Positions 1-9,284 of a stretch of 37,471 nt of DNA are shown in pieces. The number at the start of each line of letters is the position of its first letter. Positions within the stretch are counted from its first letter, which is position 1. The stretch comes from a virus (lineage: Duplodnaviria; Caudoviricetes). The stretch covers positions 1-37,471 of the IMG/VR virus record IMGVR_UViG_3300044878_000093; one strand, given 5' to 3'. The notes beneath the pieces are model-generated. The model worked only from the letters and a program-made list of their open reading frames with translations. It searched no databases and was not told the origin of the DNA. The translations under genes were made by a program, and so were the position numbers.

Positions 1-48
1 TGTACATGGATTCCTTTCTGTCCTAAAAGCTCTCTTGGAAGAATCAAA

Positions 49-255
49 ATGACCAAAGAAATCAGATTGTCATGGGCTGATATTGAAGCTGTAGCTCCCG
101 AAGATTATTCAATGATACGCCTATTGGCTGACAGAGGGTTTCCTGTAGACGATACATTCAGTTTTGCTCTGAAGCCTAAAGCTGGGTTGGAGTATTTTGA
201 GTATCATGATCATAAGACTGGTGAAGTGGTTGTGCAATGGAGGGAAGAGGACTAA
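49..255 (+). CDS. hypothetical phage protein
   Basis: 68-aa ORF, GGAAG upstream of ATG. Confidence 0.6.
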   Translation: MTKEIRLSWADIEAVAPEDYSMIRLLADRGFPVDDTFSFALKPKAGLEYFEYHDHKTGEVVVQWREED

Positions 256-283
256 AGTGCCAGTAGGGTAATTATTCCTATAG

Positions 284-315
284 CCCATAGGGTGAAACGC
301 CACACACCCTATGGG
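284..315. repeat. 11-bp perfect inverted repeat (hairpin) in non-coding region
   Basis: CCCATAGGGTG (284-294) / CACCCTATGGG (305-315). Confidence 0.85.
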
Positions 316-469
316 TATTTTAGCACCAATAATTATATTGAATGAGTTAGATTGAAATAATAAGATTGATAAATAGATAGCGTACAATTCAAGATCGGAG
401 CACGACATGAGCAGAGCGAAGATCTTTTCTTTTTATCTTGTATTTAGCATACCTTGTCTTGCATTCGGC

Positions 470-498
470 TTGACATCAGTGTAAGCTCTTAATATTGT
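470..498 (+). promoter_or_regulatory. sigma70-like promoter
   Basis: TTGACA-17-TATTGT upstream of RHH ORF. Confidence 0.5.
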
Positions 499-584
499 TT
501 GTGTGCCAGAACGAAGTGAAAGAGATATGAATGTGTATGGTCATTTTTACCCCATACGAAATTATCCTTACGGAGAGATACAAA

Positions 585-713
585 ATGAGCCTTATTATTC
601 CTAAACACTTGCTTACTTGGATTGACCAGAATCGTGGCAGCAAGTCACGTCAGTCCTTCATTTTGCAGTGTATGTTTAAAATTATGGAGGTGTCTGAAAT
701 GAAGAACAATTAA
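585..713 (+). CDS. small ribbon-helix-helix (CopG/Arc-like) DNA-binding protein
   Basis: 42 aa from ATG 585 after GGAGAG; MSLIIPKHLLTWID..RGSKSRQSFI has strand-helix-turn(SR)-helix pattern of RHH proteins. Confidence 0.6.
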   Translation: MSLIIPKHLLTWIDQNRGSKSRQSFILQCMFKIMEVSEMKNN

Positions 714-778
714 TAGAAATTAAGAACTCTAGGAATTACAAAACTAAATGAAAAGAACTTTAAGAACGAAGGTAACGT

Positions 779-1276
779 ATGTCAAAGCAAAGGAACGAAA
801 ACCAATTTCTGATGATGCCCTATAAGCTACTGAATGCAGGTGGGTATGTGAACAGTAACGGTGAATGTATTAAGATGAATCTTAGCGATAAGGTTATCTA
901 CGCACACCTCAAAAATAGATTTGATTTCTTTAAAAGTCTAGGAAATGAATACTATGACACACAGCAATCTATCGCTGATATGTGCAATATGGACTTGAAG
1001 GCAACAGGAAACATTCTTAGGAAATTTATTGAAGATGGTTTGACAACAGTATATAAGAAGAGGTTCAACGGTTATCCTAAAAACGTATATACATATGTGC
1101 CAAACCTACAGTTGTGGTATAAGGACAAGAAGAAAGGCAGCCAAAAGGCTGTTGTAGTCGTTGAGACATTGGATTTTGAGTATGATTTTCCAGAAGATCT
1201 TGTTGACAGTATGTCTGATGTGGGCTACTATCCTGAAAGTGAATTTGACATTAACAACCTAGACTTGGAGTACTGA
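779..1276 (+). CDS. winged-HTH protein resembling replication-initiator N-terminal domains
   Basis: FLMMPYKLL..LSDKVIYAHL..TQQSIADMCNMDLKATGNILRKF..G..NVY pattern; acidic C-terminal tail. Confidence 0.6.
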   Translation: MSKQRNENQFLMMPYKLLNAGGYVNSNGECIKMNLSDKVIYAHLKNRFDFFKSLGNEYYDTQQSIADMCNMDLKATGNILRKFIEDGLTTVYKKRFNGYPKNVYTYVPNLQLWYKDKKKGSQKAVVVVETLDFEYDFPEDLVDSMSDVGYYPESEFDINNLDLEY

Positions 1277-1277
1277 A

Positions 1278-1535
1278 ATGATCGAAATCAGCAAGCTTAA
1301 GAAAGGTTCACGAATCATCCGGCATTGGTCTGAAGGTGAAACTGCCACTAGTGACTTCATTGTAACTAAAATTGTTGAGGATGAGGAACTTGGTTGGATT
1401 GCTTATGTAGATTGGTCAGACGACGATTGCAGTACAACCATTTATGAGGCTAATCAGCATAAATATGAATATGGCCGCAGACGTAATGATCGCAGACCAA
1501 GGCATTACAAAGAGATTAAGGAGAATTTGAAATGA
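1278..1535 (+). CDS. hypothetical protein
   Basis: ORF in tightly packed operon, GGAG RBS. Confidence 0.65.
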   Translation: MIEISKLKKGSRIIRHWSEGETATSDFIVTKIVEDEELGWIAYVDWSDDDCSTTIYEANQHKYEYGRRRNDRRPRHYKEIKENLK

Positions 1536-1804
1536 GCGTATTTAATTTTGATGGTTATTCAGCATACTGTGATTGGTGTGAAACTAATGGCTATGATCCA
1601 GATGAGCAGTACGATCTACAACAAGAACCACATAAACGAAACATGTATGAGACTTTCTACATTAAATCTCTAGAAGGTGAGACATATATGATGGTGTGGG
1701 TTGAAACTAGTTGTGATCATGGATGGCTTGAAGGTGAGATTGAATTGCTGCCCTTAACACGCAAGGTCACTCAAGTGGTGACAGAAAAGGTGGAGTATGT
1801 CTAG
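1532..1804 (+). CDS. hypothetical protein (acidic)
   Basis: ATGA overlap with upstream ORF, AAGGAG RBS. Confidence 0.65.
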   Translation: MSVFNFDGYSAYCDWCETNGYDPDEQYDLQQEPHKRNMYETFYIKSLEGETYMMVWVETSCDHGWLEGEIELLPLTRKVTQVVTEKVEYV

Positions 1805-1973
1805 CCTAGTTCAATGTGAAGGCACAGATTGTCTACGCAAAACCTCCTGTGCCCGCTTCACACAAACACCATTAATTCGTTATCAGGCGTGGCTTTGTAT
1901 GCCTGTTTCTGTTAAGGTGGTGGAAGAGTGTAGATGGTTTGTTGCAAACAACATTAGTAATGAGGAGAAATGA
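1797..1973 (+). CDS. small Cys-rich hypothetical protein (58 aa, not in ORF track)
   Basis: MSSLVQCEGTDCLRKTSCARF...; fills gap between neighbours; AGGTGGAG RBS. Confidence 0.6.
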   Translation: MSSLVQCEGTDCLRKTSCARFTQTPLIRYQAWLCMPVSVKVVEECRWFVANNISNEEK

Positions 1974-1974
1974 A

Positions 1975-2190
1975 ATGGCTGTGAAAACTAAGCGGGCTGT
2001 GGTAAGTAAGAAAGTCTCAAACGATGCTCTGAAGAACAACGAGCGTTGGACATTCTTCTTGTCTCAATGTAAAGTTGAATGGGATAATTTGAGTGACAAT
2101 TCTAAAGACTTTTTCATGGTTATGGGCAACACAGAATCTAGTGAAGAAGATATTAATAATGCGATGGACCTTGCACGAGGTGTGAAATGA
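1975..2190 (+). CDS. hypothetical protein
   Basis: start moved to ATG 1975 after GAGGAG. Confidence 0.65.
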   Translation: MAVKTKRAVVSKKVSNDALKNNERWTFFLSQCKVEWDNLSDNSKDFFMVMGNTESSEEDINNAMDLARGVK

Positions 2191-2378
2191 AGAACATTGA
2201 TTACTACATTCTAAACTATTACGATTATGAAGGTATCCGTATTAGTCGTGTTGCCGATGATGATTATCTACTGCAATCTGAGTTTGATGGGGAATTAATG
2301 GTAAAGCTTACAGATTACAGGCGGTTGCTTAATCAATACAATGAACTTAAGTTTCGTATGGATGGGCTTGAGAAATGA
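2187..2378 (+). CDS. hypothetical protein
   Basis: ATGA overlap, GAGGTG RBS. Confidence 0.65.
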   Translation: MKNIDYYILNYYDYEGIRISRVADDDYLLQSEFDGELMVKLTDYRRLLNQYNELKFRMDGLEK

Positions 2379-2563
2379 AAGATCTGATCGAGCTACGAAA
2401 TAACCTAAAGAAAGCCGAACAAGAATACTACACTGCCCACACGTCGCTTGAAGGGAGTCTTGCCCTCATTTTGGCCAAGGAAGAACTAAAGCAAGCCCGC
2501 TATAACTATGCATTGGCGTGCAGGGACTATGTAGAGATTACTCTGTTTGAGGATGGTGCGTAA
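2375..2563 (+). CDS. hypothetical helical protein
   Basis: ATGA overlap. Confidence 0.6.
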   Translation: MKDLIELRNNLKKAEQEYYTAHTSLEGSLALILAKEELKQARYNYALACRDYVEITLFEDGA

Positions 2564-2967
2564 TGCCACAAGTAACCATCTACTCAACCACTAAAAAGAC
2601 TGTACAATCTTACGATAGGAATTATATCCCACACTATGTTCGTGAGCCAATTCCTGTCTATAATTCAGACATTATTCTAGACAAAGCAGAAGTACAAATT
2701 CATCATTTGCCTATCGAGAGATTCTGTTGGGCAGATGGAAAAGGAAATTACACACGAGAAATCTTTGCAGCATTTGATGATGAATTGAGAGAAATCATTG
2801 GCTGTTCTCAAGAGAAATTTGAACGAGATGTTCAGACAGCTACAGATAGGCGTGTAAAGCATGAATATACACAGTTATTGGCGGTAAAAGATGAGCTAAA
2901 AACGTTGCATAACCTTTCTGTAGGTGCTAGCCTATGGTGGTCGATTAGCAAGCTTTGGAGGATATAA
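2563..2967 (+). CDS. hypothetical protein
   Basis: TAATG overlap, 134 aa. Confidence 0.65.
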   Translation: MPQVTIYSTTKKTVQSYDRNYIPHYVREPIPVYNSDIILDKAEVQIHHLPIERFCWADGKGNYTREIFAAFDDELREIIGCSQEKFERDVQTATDRRVKHEYTQLLAVKDELKTLHNLSVGASLWWSISKLWRI

Positions 2968-2970
2968 ACA

Positions 2971-3243
2971 ATGAATAAACAATTACTAGAATTGTTCGAA
3001 GAACACATTAACTTTCCAGAAGACAACACTAAAGTCTGCTGGTATGCTGATAGGGATCAAGTGGTTTACAACACAGACAACAATCTAGAAGATTTGTATG
3101 ATCAAAACGGTCAGACATATTCTGGAGAGATTCGTGGAGAACCAATTGAGGTTGATGGTTATGTCATGTACCTTCTTGACTCTCAGTGTGGATGGGACTA
3201 TCAAGCTATTTTCTCATTAGCTTTGAAGGTGGAAGAACAATGA
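2971..3243 (+). CDS. hypothetical protein (acidic)
   Basis: GGAGG RBS. Confidence 0.65.
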   Translation: MNKQLLELFEEHINFPEDNTKVCWYADRDQVVYNTDNNLEDLYDQNGQTYSGEIRGEPIEVDGYVMYLLDSQCGWDYQAIFSLALKVEEQ

Positions 3244-3527
3244 ACCAACTTTACCAAATAGGAGAACTGGTAATCCTCCAAAGTGAACATCAACCTAAGC
3301 ATAATGGTGAATACATCATTGAAGCCATTGATGATTCCTTAATGGTGAATGTTAACACCAAAAAGATCGAAGGTGGTCTTGGCTATTATCTAGGCTTTAC
3401 TGGAGATATGGGCAATAAGTACTGGACTCAAGCAGCCTTGAGAAAAATCCACAAACCAAGCACACAAAGCTTTACGGAGATGATGAGTGTGTTGAAGATG
3501 CCGAATAAGGTGTGGGAGAGGGTGTAG
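3240..3527 (+). CDS. hypothetical protein
   Basis: start moved to ATG 3240 (ATGA overlap). Confidence 0.6.
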   Translation: MNQLYQIGELVILQSEHQPKHNGEYIIEAIDDSLMVNVNTKKIEGGLGYYLGFTGDMGNKYWTQAALRKIHKPSTQSFTEMMSVLKMPNKVWERV

Positions 3528-4078
3528 TGAGTAAGTTTAAAGTTGGTGATAAGGTTAAACGTGTGAGTGGTGCTGATGACATCATATTTAAGATGTTTCT
3601 TGGAGACATCCGTACAGTTAAGGCTATGAGAGATGATGGTATGTGGAAAGATTGGCTAGTACTTGAAGGTTCTAACGATTGCTGGGATCCAAATAATTTT
3701 GAATTGGTCGAGGAGAATGTTATGAAGAAGTCTGATTTGCGTACCGGTATGCGTGTTGTTCATGGTAAGCATAGTCGCCATAGTGGGGAATACGCAGTTG
3801 TGGTGAAGGATCTTAACAAGATTGTTTTCGCTGATGGTTCGTATAACTATCTGAGCAGCTACAGTGATGACTTGAAAATGAGTGGTGGGGTGTGGGACAT
3901 CACTGAGGTTTATGATGATCCCGACCGTGACTTTCTGAATCATAAGGTCGCTGGTGATCTGTTGTGGAAACACGTAGAAAAGACACCTGAACAGCTTCAG
4001 CTTGACAAAATCACAGCTCAGATTGCAGAGCTAAAAGATCAAGCAGACAAGCTTCAATCTCTGATGAAAAATAAGTGA
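3527..4078 (+). CDS. hypothetical protein with two SH3/KOW-like segments and coiled-coil tail
   Basis: GTG start after GGAGAGG; KFKVGDKVKRV and DLRTGMRVV segments; internal GAGGAG-ATG at 3722. Confidence 0.65.
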   Translation: MSKFKVGDKVKRVSGADDIIFKMFLGDIRTVKAMRDDGMWKDWLVLEGSNDCWDPNNFELVEENVMKKSDLRTGMRVVHGKHSRHSGEYAVVVKDLNKIVFADGSYNYLSSYSDDLKMSGGVWDITEVYDDPDRDFLNHKVAGDLLWKHVEKTPEQLQLDKITAQIAELKDQADKLQSLMKNK

Positions 4079-4182
4079 AAAATTCATTGCTTTGGATCCG
4101 AAAGGTGGTAGAGTGGCGTTAAGGAAATGGACACATGTAACATAAAAGCAACAACACAACATAAATGTACAGGAGAAACGAC

Positions 4183-4449
4183 ATGATTCGCGAAACAAAA
4201 TTCCAAACAATTGGCGAAGCTTTCGAATTTATGCGTATGGATGGCTCCGCATCCCTTGCACTCATTGATTGCATGAATGCCTATGCATTGGGTACAGACC
4301 ATCTAGAGAAGCATTTTGACAGCCATTTGTGGCTTGCTGATGAGGACGGTGATGCTAATTTTGACTCAGATGAAGCAAAGCAGTATTACATTGAGCTGGC
4401 AAGAATCGAAGAATTCCTTGTGCATCAGGAGCTTATCTATTCCGAATGA
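4183..4449 (+). CDS. hypothetical protein (acidic)
   Basis: AGGAGA RBS before ATG 4183; weak promoter TTGCTT-16-TAGAGT at 4087-4114. Confidence 0.65.
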   Translation: MIRETKFQTIGEAFEFMRMDGSASLALIDCMNAYALGTDHLEKHFDSHLWLADEDGDANFDSDEAKQYYIELARIEEFLVHQELIYSE

Positions 4450-4478
4450 ATTAATTTCAAAATGCGTCAAATAACAGG

Positions 4479-4507
4479 TTGACAGGACGTAAACCATCTC
4501 GTACAAT
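4479..4507 (+). promoter_or_regulatory. strong sigma70-type promoter
   Basis: TTGACA-17-TACAAT with AT-rich upstream sequence. Confidence 0.85.
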
Positions 4508-4581
4508 TAAGTCATGAGAAAGGAGATGTGTGTCGCCAAGGGAGGTTCGATTCTTAAACCTAACCTTATGAGTATAAAATC

Positions 4582-4785
4582 ATGGCTAAATCAACAGCAA
4601 TCAAAGGCGAATTTTCAACTGTAACCGGTAGCACAACCCGCCGGATGTTCGACGCCAGTGGCAACTTCATTGGTTTAATAATCAAGGTAAAAGGGGGTTA
4701 TCAGATTCGTCGGTTTCCCGATGGGAAGGTTCGGGTTAAAGCTACCCTTCGTGAAGCCTTCCAATCGATAGCCCGGAGTAATTAA
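4582..4785 (+). CDS. small basic hypothetical protein
   Basis: ORF directly after promoter. Confidence 0.6.
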   Translation: MAKSTAIKGEFSTVTGSTTRRMFDASGNFIGLIIKVKGGYQIRRFPDGKVRVKATLREAFQSIARSN

Positions 4786-4786
4786 A

Positions 4787-5032
4787 ATGGATAAGGTGAT
4801 AGGTTTTCTTATCCAAAGAGATGGTCGTGATTTGTTCATGAAAGACTTGCCTGAATGGGTGAGTCTAGATGAGAACTACACAGCAACAGCACTAGTAAAG
4901 TGGAATGATTCGCTTGAGGTGTTGCTACGTGAGGTGCAGGAGGATAGAGACTTATACGCTGAGTTGTGCGTAATGTTGGATGAGGAGAATCGTGACTTGA
5001 AGCAACAGATAAAAGAGCTACAAAAGAAGTAA
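4787..5032 (+). CDS. hypothetical protein, C-terminal coiled coil
   Basis: GGAG RBS. Confidence 0.6.
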   Translation: MDKVIGFLIQRDGRDLFMKDLPEWVSLDENYTATALVKWNDSLEVLLREVQEDRDLYAELCVMLDEENRDLKQQIKELQKK

Positions 5033-5062
5033 ACACAACGACTGATTTTCAGTCTACAAAAC

Positions 5063-5085
5063 AACCCCGTTAATTCGGGGTTTAT
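5063..5085 (+). terminator. intrinsic terminator
   Basis: AACCCCG-TTAATT-CGGGGTT followed by TAT. Confidence 0.6.
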
Positions 5086-5101
5086 CTATGAGGGTAATAA
5101 A

Positions 5102-5788
5102 GTGAAGAACAGAAGCAACAGCAAGAATCCGATGAAACCAACACTGTATAATTGGGGTGTGAATGACCTCAAGTATGTTGATGACTTTTATATCAACAAC
5201 TATGAGGACTATCGCGGAGTCTATGGCAAGTGGACAGGTATGATGAAGAGGGCTATGTCACCGAAGTACTTAGCCAAAACCCCATCATACGAAGGTTCAA
5301 GTATCTGCGATCATTGGCAGTATTTGTCTGAATTTAAAGCTTGGACAGTAGATCAGGTGTGGAAAGGTCTAGAGTTAGACAAGGACATTCTAGTTGTGGG
5401 CAACAAACACTATTCGCCGGACACATGTGCGTACGTACCTAAGTATGTGAATTACTGCTTTCTAACCAAGAAGGGTGGTCGTGGTGAATGTCCTCTTGGG
5501 GTTAACAAGAAAACCGAAACACGTTATGGCCCGGACTACTTACTGCCAAATCCCTATGCGGCCGCAGTGAATGATGGTACAGGTACATATATCAGACTTG
5601 GAACTTACAATAATCCAATGGACGCACATCGAGCATGGCAGCTAGGGAAGATTGACGTTATTGAAAATACAGTGCTTCGCTACATGTTAGAGCCTTGCTA
5701 TCGGCAGGACGTAGCTAATGCAATTTACCTAAGAGCCGAAATGCTTCGGGATGACTACGAAAATAATCGAGAAACTTTTTCTCTTTAG
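5102..5788 (+). CDS. free-standing HNH-type homing endonuclease
   Basis: W..M..R, ELDKDILVVGNKHYSPDTCAYVP..VN, PLGV, AP2-like LGTY...AHRAW; paralogue of 27290-28030. Confidence 0.8.
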   Translation: MKNRSNSKNPMKPTLYNWGVNDLKYVDDFYINNYEDYRGVYGKWTGMMKRAMSPKYLAKTPSYEGSSICDHWQYLSEFKAWTVDQVWKGLELDKDILVVGNKHYSPDTCAYVPKYVNYCFLTKKGGRGECPLGVNKKTETRYGPDYLLPNPYAAAVNDGTGTYIRLGTYNNPMDAHRAWQLGKIDVIENTVLRYMLEPCYRQDVANAIYLRAEMLRDDYENNRETFSL

Positions 5789-5791
5789 ATG

Positions 5792-5820
5792 TTGACAGAG
5801 TGTGGGACCAGCTGTAGACT
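5792..5820 (+). promoter_or_regulatory. sigma70-type promoter
   Basis: TTGACA-17-TAGACT. Confidence 0.8.
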
Positions 5821-5860
5821 TATCCATAACGAAGCAAAACAACCGAATAGGAGCTACAAA

Positions 5861-6019
5861 ATGGACACCATCAAAGACCTCTACGTAGTAATCGACCGTC
5901 ACACCGGTGCTGTCGTTAGCAAGCCAATGTCTTTCAAAGCAGCTATCCGTTCTGTTGATCGTCGTGACTTGGCCTATGGTGCTTGCCGCTTTGGTAAGAA
6001 ACGTGTGGAGGCTAACTGA
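5861..6019 (+). CDS. hypothetical protein
   Basis: AGGAG RBS before ATG 5861 (MDTIKDLYVVIDRHTG...). Confidence 0.65.
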   Translation: MDTIKDLYVVIDRHTGAVVSKPMSFKAAIRSVDRRDLAYGACRFGKKRVEAN

Positions 6020-6020
6020 A

Positions 6021-6215
6021 ATGATCATTCTCAAATGCACTACCTCAGTAATCATGACAGATGGCTCTGTAGCCTTCAAAGCTGGTGAAAGCTATCAGTT
6101 TAATCTGAAGTCTAACGGAGACATTCAACGCTTTCATAACAACACTGTTCACATCTTCTATTGTGTTGGTGAACAAGCTTGGACGAATTACTTTAAATAT
6201 GAGATTGAAGAATGA
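6021..6215 (+). CDS. hypothetical protein
   Basis: GGAGG RBS before ATG 6021. Confidence 0.6.
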   Translation: MIILKCTTSVIMTDGSVAFKAGESYQFNLKSNGDIQRFHNNTVHIFYCVGEQAWTNYFKYEIEE

Positions 6216-6633
6216 AACCACAATACAAGACAACCAAAACATCCACACAACGCCTTGTCAAAGCTATTGAAGAGCTTATTGAGCAATACAAATATGTGAC
6301 CTATGTAGATATGGATAGTGACCCTGGTGTTGTGAAGGCTAGGAAATTAATTGAGAGTTTGAGGGTTAAATCATGAACGAAGACATCGATGAAAGCACAT
6401 TGACAGTGGGTAGGCTATTGTTCTGGTGTGTTGTTGGTACGGTAATGTGGATAGGTATTCTTCTAGGTTGTGTTAAATTGATTGAGGTGGTATCGTGAAA
6501 ATACCACCACCTAAGCCACCACCAATGAGACAACAAAAACAACCATCTCCAGCTTTTGGTGTTATGATGGTTATGACGGCGGCACTAATTTTTGGTATCT
6601 GGATTGGAATTAATATTCACTAAGAGGTGTAAC

Positions 6634-6867
6634 ATGAAAATGCATCAACAGATGTTCTATTTTGATACTAATAAAACTCGACCAACAGAAGCCGATACTC
6701 AGTGGGATGGTCATGTATTAGCTTTCCATAATGGTCGTTGGGTTGCTGTCCATTGGTTGAGTTTGAAGCTGATTGATAACAAACTGTTTGACGATGCGGC
6801 TGCCGAAGAATATCCTTATTGGATGCAGATGCCTAAAGCACCTTCTGACGCTGATAGGGATGCATAG
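6634..6867 (+). CDS. hypothetical protein (DUF551-like W..MP..P C-terminus)
   Basis: GAGGTG RBS before ATG 6634; YWMQMPKAP. Confidence 0.6.
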   Translation: MKMHQQMFYFDTNKTRPTEADTQWDGHVLAFHNGRWVAVHWLSLKLIDNKLFDDAAAEEYPYWMQMPKAPSDADRDA

Positions 6868-6869
6868 CT

Positions 6870-7043
6870 ATGAGTACCTTTAGCCATTTCATTCATCCAG
6901 TACTAACCATCATCTTCTTCCCGTGGCTCATTGTCTGGATTCTGTGTGCAATCTCAGCAGGAAACTCACGTAAGAGGAAAGAAGATAAGCGACGTGAGGA
7001 AGAGCTTCAGTTGTTGAGGGAAATTGCTAAAAAGAAATCTTGA
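6870..7043 (+). CDS. small membrane protein (57 aa, not in ORF track)
   Basis: HPVLTIIFFPWLIVWILCAI hydrophobic stretch, then charged tail. Confidence 0.6.
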   Translation: MSTFSHFIHPVLTIIFFPWLIVWILCAISAGNSRKRKEDKRREEELQLLREIAKKKS

Positions 7044-7068
7044 AAGGGCCTTGTGCCCTTTTCTTTTT
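7043..7068 (+). terminator. intrinsic terminator overlapping next promoter
   Basis: AAAGGGC-CTTGT-GCCCTTT-TCTTTTT. Confidence 0.7.
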
Positions 7069-7079
7069 GCGTATAGAAT
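7051..7079 (+). promoter_or_regulatory. sigma70-type promoter
   Basis: TTGTGC-17-TAGAAT; leader TCCATAACGAA shared with 5792 promoter. Confidence 0.6.
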
Positions 7080-7106
7080 TGTCCATAACGAAACAGGAGA
7101 ATTCCA

Positions 7107-7739
7107 ATGACACGCATGTACATACAACCTTCTTTTGTGGATAGCTGTTCAGACCATGGTGAGTGGTCGGGTGGTAACGGTCAATATCGTGGGGACAGGT
7201 CTGTTGAGGTTGTTCCTACCTACATCAATGGTCGTCCTAACGTTCGTGCATTCTCTGATGAGGCTATTGCAGCGAGACGTGCAAAGAAAGCTCCAAGTGT
7301 TCCACTATTTGACAGAGTGCTCCCACAACAACGTCGTGTACGTGTCTTGACAGAACAACTGTACGAACTAGAGACTGAACGAAAGAATGGTCTAGACATT
7401 CGCACTTATTCTCAATTGCGTGATGTTCTTATATGCAAGAGAGATAGGGCAGAAGTCTTGCTCAAGAAAGCTTTGAGTGCTAAGCCAATCCGTCCAGAAA
7501 CCTACGAAGATGAGGCAATTTCTAGCTACGCTAGTAGCAATCCCCCCTCAGACAACAACGGACACGGAGGGAGCTATTCGTCGCCTGTAGGGGTAGGATT
7601 CTTCGCAGAAGTTGTTGATGGGTTGAGTGATAGAAATTCTTTTAAAAAGATCCTTCAGAAGGGTTGCAAAGGTGTGGGAACCTTAGTAAGCTGGTCACAA
7701 CAGGCAGCAGCCTACTACAGAACTCTCAAAGAGGTGTAA
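7107..7739 (+). CDS. hypothetical protein
   Basis: 210 aa, AGGAGA RBS. Confidence 0.7.
   Translation: MTRMYIQPSFVDSCSDHGEWSGGNGQYRGDRSVEVVPTYINGRPNVRAFSDEAIAARRAKKAPSVPLFDRVLPQQRRVRVLTEQLYELETERKNGLDIRTYSQLRDVLICKRDRAEVLLKKALSAKPIRPETYEDEAISSYASSNPPSDNNGHGGSYSSPVGVGFFAEVVDGLSDRNSFKKILQKGCKGVGTLVSWSQQAAAYYRTLKEV
7664..7692 (+). promoter_or_regulatory. sigma70-type promoter inside end of upstream ORF
   Basis: TTGCAA-17-TAAGCT. Confidence 0.5.
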
Positions 7740-7740
7740 C

Positions 7741-7869
7741 ATGGATAATCAAAAAGCTCAAGTGTGGTATGATCAAGTTCTGAGGGACTGGGTAATGGGT
7801 CGGGCTACGGATGCACAAGTAGAAAAGGCTCGTGACCTTCTGATCAAAGCAAGGAAACAAGTTAAATGA
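7741..7869 (+). CDS. small hypothetical protein (42 aa)
   Basis: GAGGTG RBS; MDNQKAQVWYDQVLRDW... Confidence 0.55.
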   Translation: MDNQKAQVWYDQVLRDWVMGRATDAQVEKARDLLIKARKQVK

Positions 7870-7987
7870 CTACACAACAGCAAGCATTCAACAAAGCATA
7901 TTCCTTGCTTTTCCTTGGCAAGCAAGCTAAGCTTTTCAAACAAGATGGACAATGGATATGCACTGAAGTGCGTGAGGAGGTGGTGAA

Positions 7988-8173
7988 ATGAATGTTCCTG
8001 AAATGACCCTAAGAGACTACTTCGCAGCTCAAGCGATGGCAGCCCTGATGCAAGTGTATTGGGAAACTGACAGTGAATATACAAGTGGACAAGACATTAT
8101 TCTATGCCAAGTGGAAAGCGCTTACGAATATGCTGATGCTATGATTAAACAACGTGAGAAGCAAACCAAATGA
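7988..8173 (+). CDS. conserved small phage protein (MTLRDYFAAQAM family)
   Basis: MTLRDYFAAQAM...AYEYADAMI motif common in phage accessory genes. Confidence 0.75.
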   Translation: MNVPEMTLRDYFAAQAMAALMQVYWETDSEYTSGQDIILCQVESAYEYADAMIKQREKQTK

Positions 8174-8373
8174 ACAACATCTACACAGACATTTTCTCTG
8201 AAACCTCCCTCTCCCAACAATACGAATATAAACAAAAATACACAAGCAAGCGTAAAGAAATGTCTAAAGAATCTTCTAAAGAGACATATGACAAAGCTAG
8301 GGATAAGGCCAATAGGGTGAAGAGTGGCTACCGGGAAGTTAGGGCGAGTAAAAGAGAGTGGAGGGAGGAGTGA
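8170..8373 (+). CDS. small basic hypothetical protein
   Basis: ATGA overlap. Confidence 0.55.
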   Translation: MNNIYTDIFSETSLSQQYEYKQKYTSKRKEMSKESSKETYDKARDKANRVKSGYREVRASKREWREE

Positions 8374-8533
8374 TGTCGAGGACAACAGCATTCTTTATCA
8401 CTATTGCTTTATGGGGAGTGTTGAACTACTTCTTTGATAACAACCTTGAGGCATGGAAGATTTTGTTTCATCAAGCACTAGCTATCGCAACCTTCAACAT
8501 CACCTATTACTATTGCTGGCAGGAGCGTACACA

Positions 8534-8674
8534 ATGAAAGGTTATATAATTACTTATGAATGTGAAGGTGTGATTTGCACATCTTACATTACAGCAGGCT
8601 GCCAAGAACACGCTGAATGGATCTTCAAGGACTACTGCCCTGAGCTGGATATCATAACAATTAAAGAGGACTAA
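8534..8674 (+). CDS. small hypothetical protein
   Basis: AGGAG RBS before ATG 8534. Confidence 0.55.
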   Translation: MKGYIITYECEGVICTSYITAGCQEHAEWIFKDYCPELDIITIKED

Positions 8675-8677
8675 CCT

Positions 8678-8893
8678 ATGAACTACAACAAATCATACTG
8701 GCGCGCAGATGTTGAATATGAAACCATCAAGTATGTTACAGATGTTAGTGACCAAGCTCCTATGGGTATCTAGATACCAGCAATCGGCCAGCCTTACGCT
8801 TACTTTGAGACTGAGCAAGAAGCTAAAGCAGCATTGAAGTCTGCATTCAGCAATGAGATTCAACGCCTTAACAAATTGATTGAAGGGCTTTAG
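8678..8893 (+). pseudogene. small ORF interrupted by in-frame TAG at 8771-8773
   Basis: GAGGA RBS; frame stays open for 39 codons after the TAG and ends 2 nt before next ATG. Confidence 0.55.
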
Positions 8894-8895
8894 AC

Positions 8896-9186
8896 ATGAA
8901 CTTTAAAGAAGGACAGCGCTTCCTACTAGAACAATCTATCTTCAATCGTCACATCCTAGAAGTGACATACGTTGATAACACAACAGCTTATCTGAAGCTA
9001 CACAGGCAAGACACATTGACAGATTATCGTTATAGTGTGAAGAGTGGGAAGCTTCACCACTGGAATAAGGCTATGCAAAGTTGGGACTTAGTGGAGGATT
9101 ACACTTTGACAGAATACATTGTGAACGATGTTATGAGTAAATACAAACCAGAGGATGTAGTTATCTATTACGAATACAAGTCCTGA
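8896..9186 (+). CDS. hypothetical protein
   Basis: 96-aa ORF in operon. Confidence 0.65.
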   Translation: MNFKEGQRFLLEQSIFNRHILEVTYVDNTTAYLKLHRQDTLTDYRYSVKSGKLHHWNKAMQSWDLVEDYTLTEYIVNDVMSKYKPEDVVIYYEYKS

Positions 9187-9211
9187 TAGAATTTTACAAT
9201 GAATAAATGTG

Positions 9212-9240
9212 TTGACGTGATAGGCTAGAAAAGAGATAAT
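9212..9240 (+). promoter_or_regulatory. sigma70-type promoter
   Basis: TTGACG-17-GATAAT. Confidence 0.7.
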
Positions 9241-9284
9241 CTTCTCATCGAAACAAAACAACATCTTAAAAAGGAACACAGATC

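Noticed and set aside
4515-4560. GGTTCGATTC resembling a tRNA T-loop
   Set aside because: T-stem pairs only 3 bp and no acceptor, D or anticodon arms can be built; not called as tRNA.
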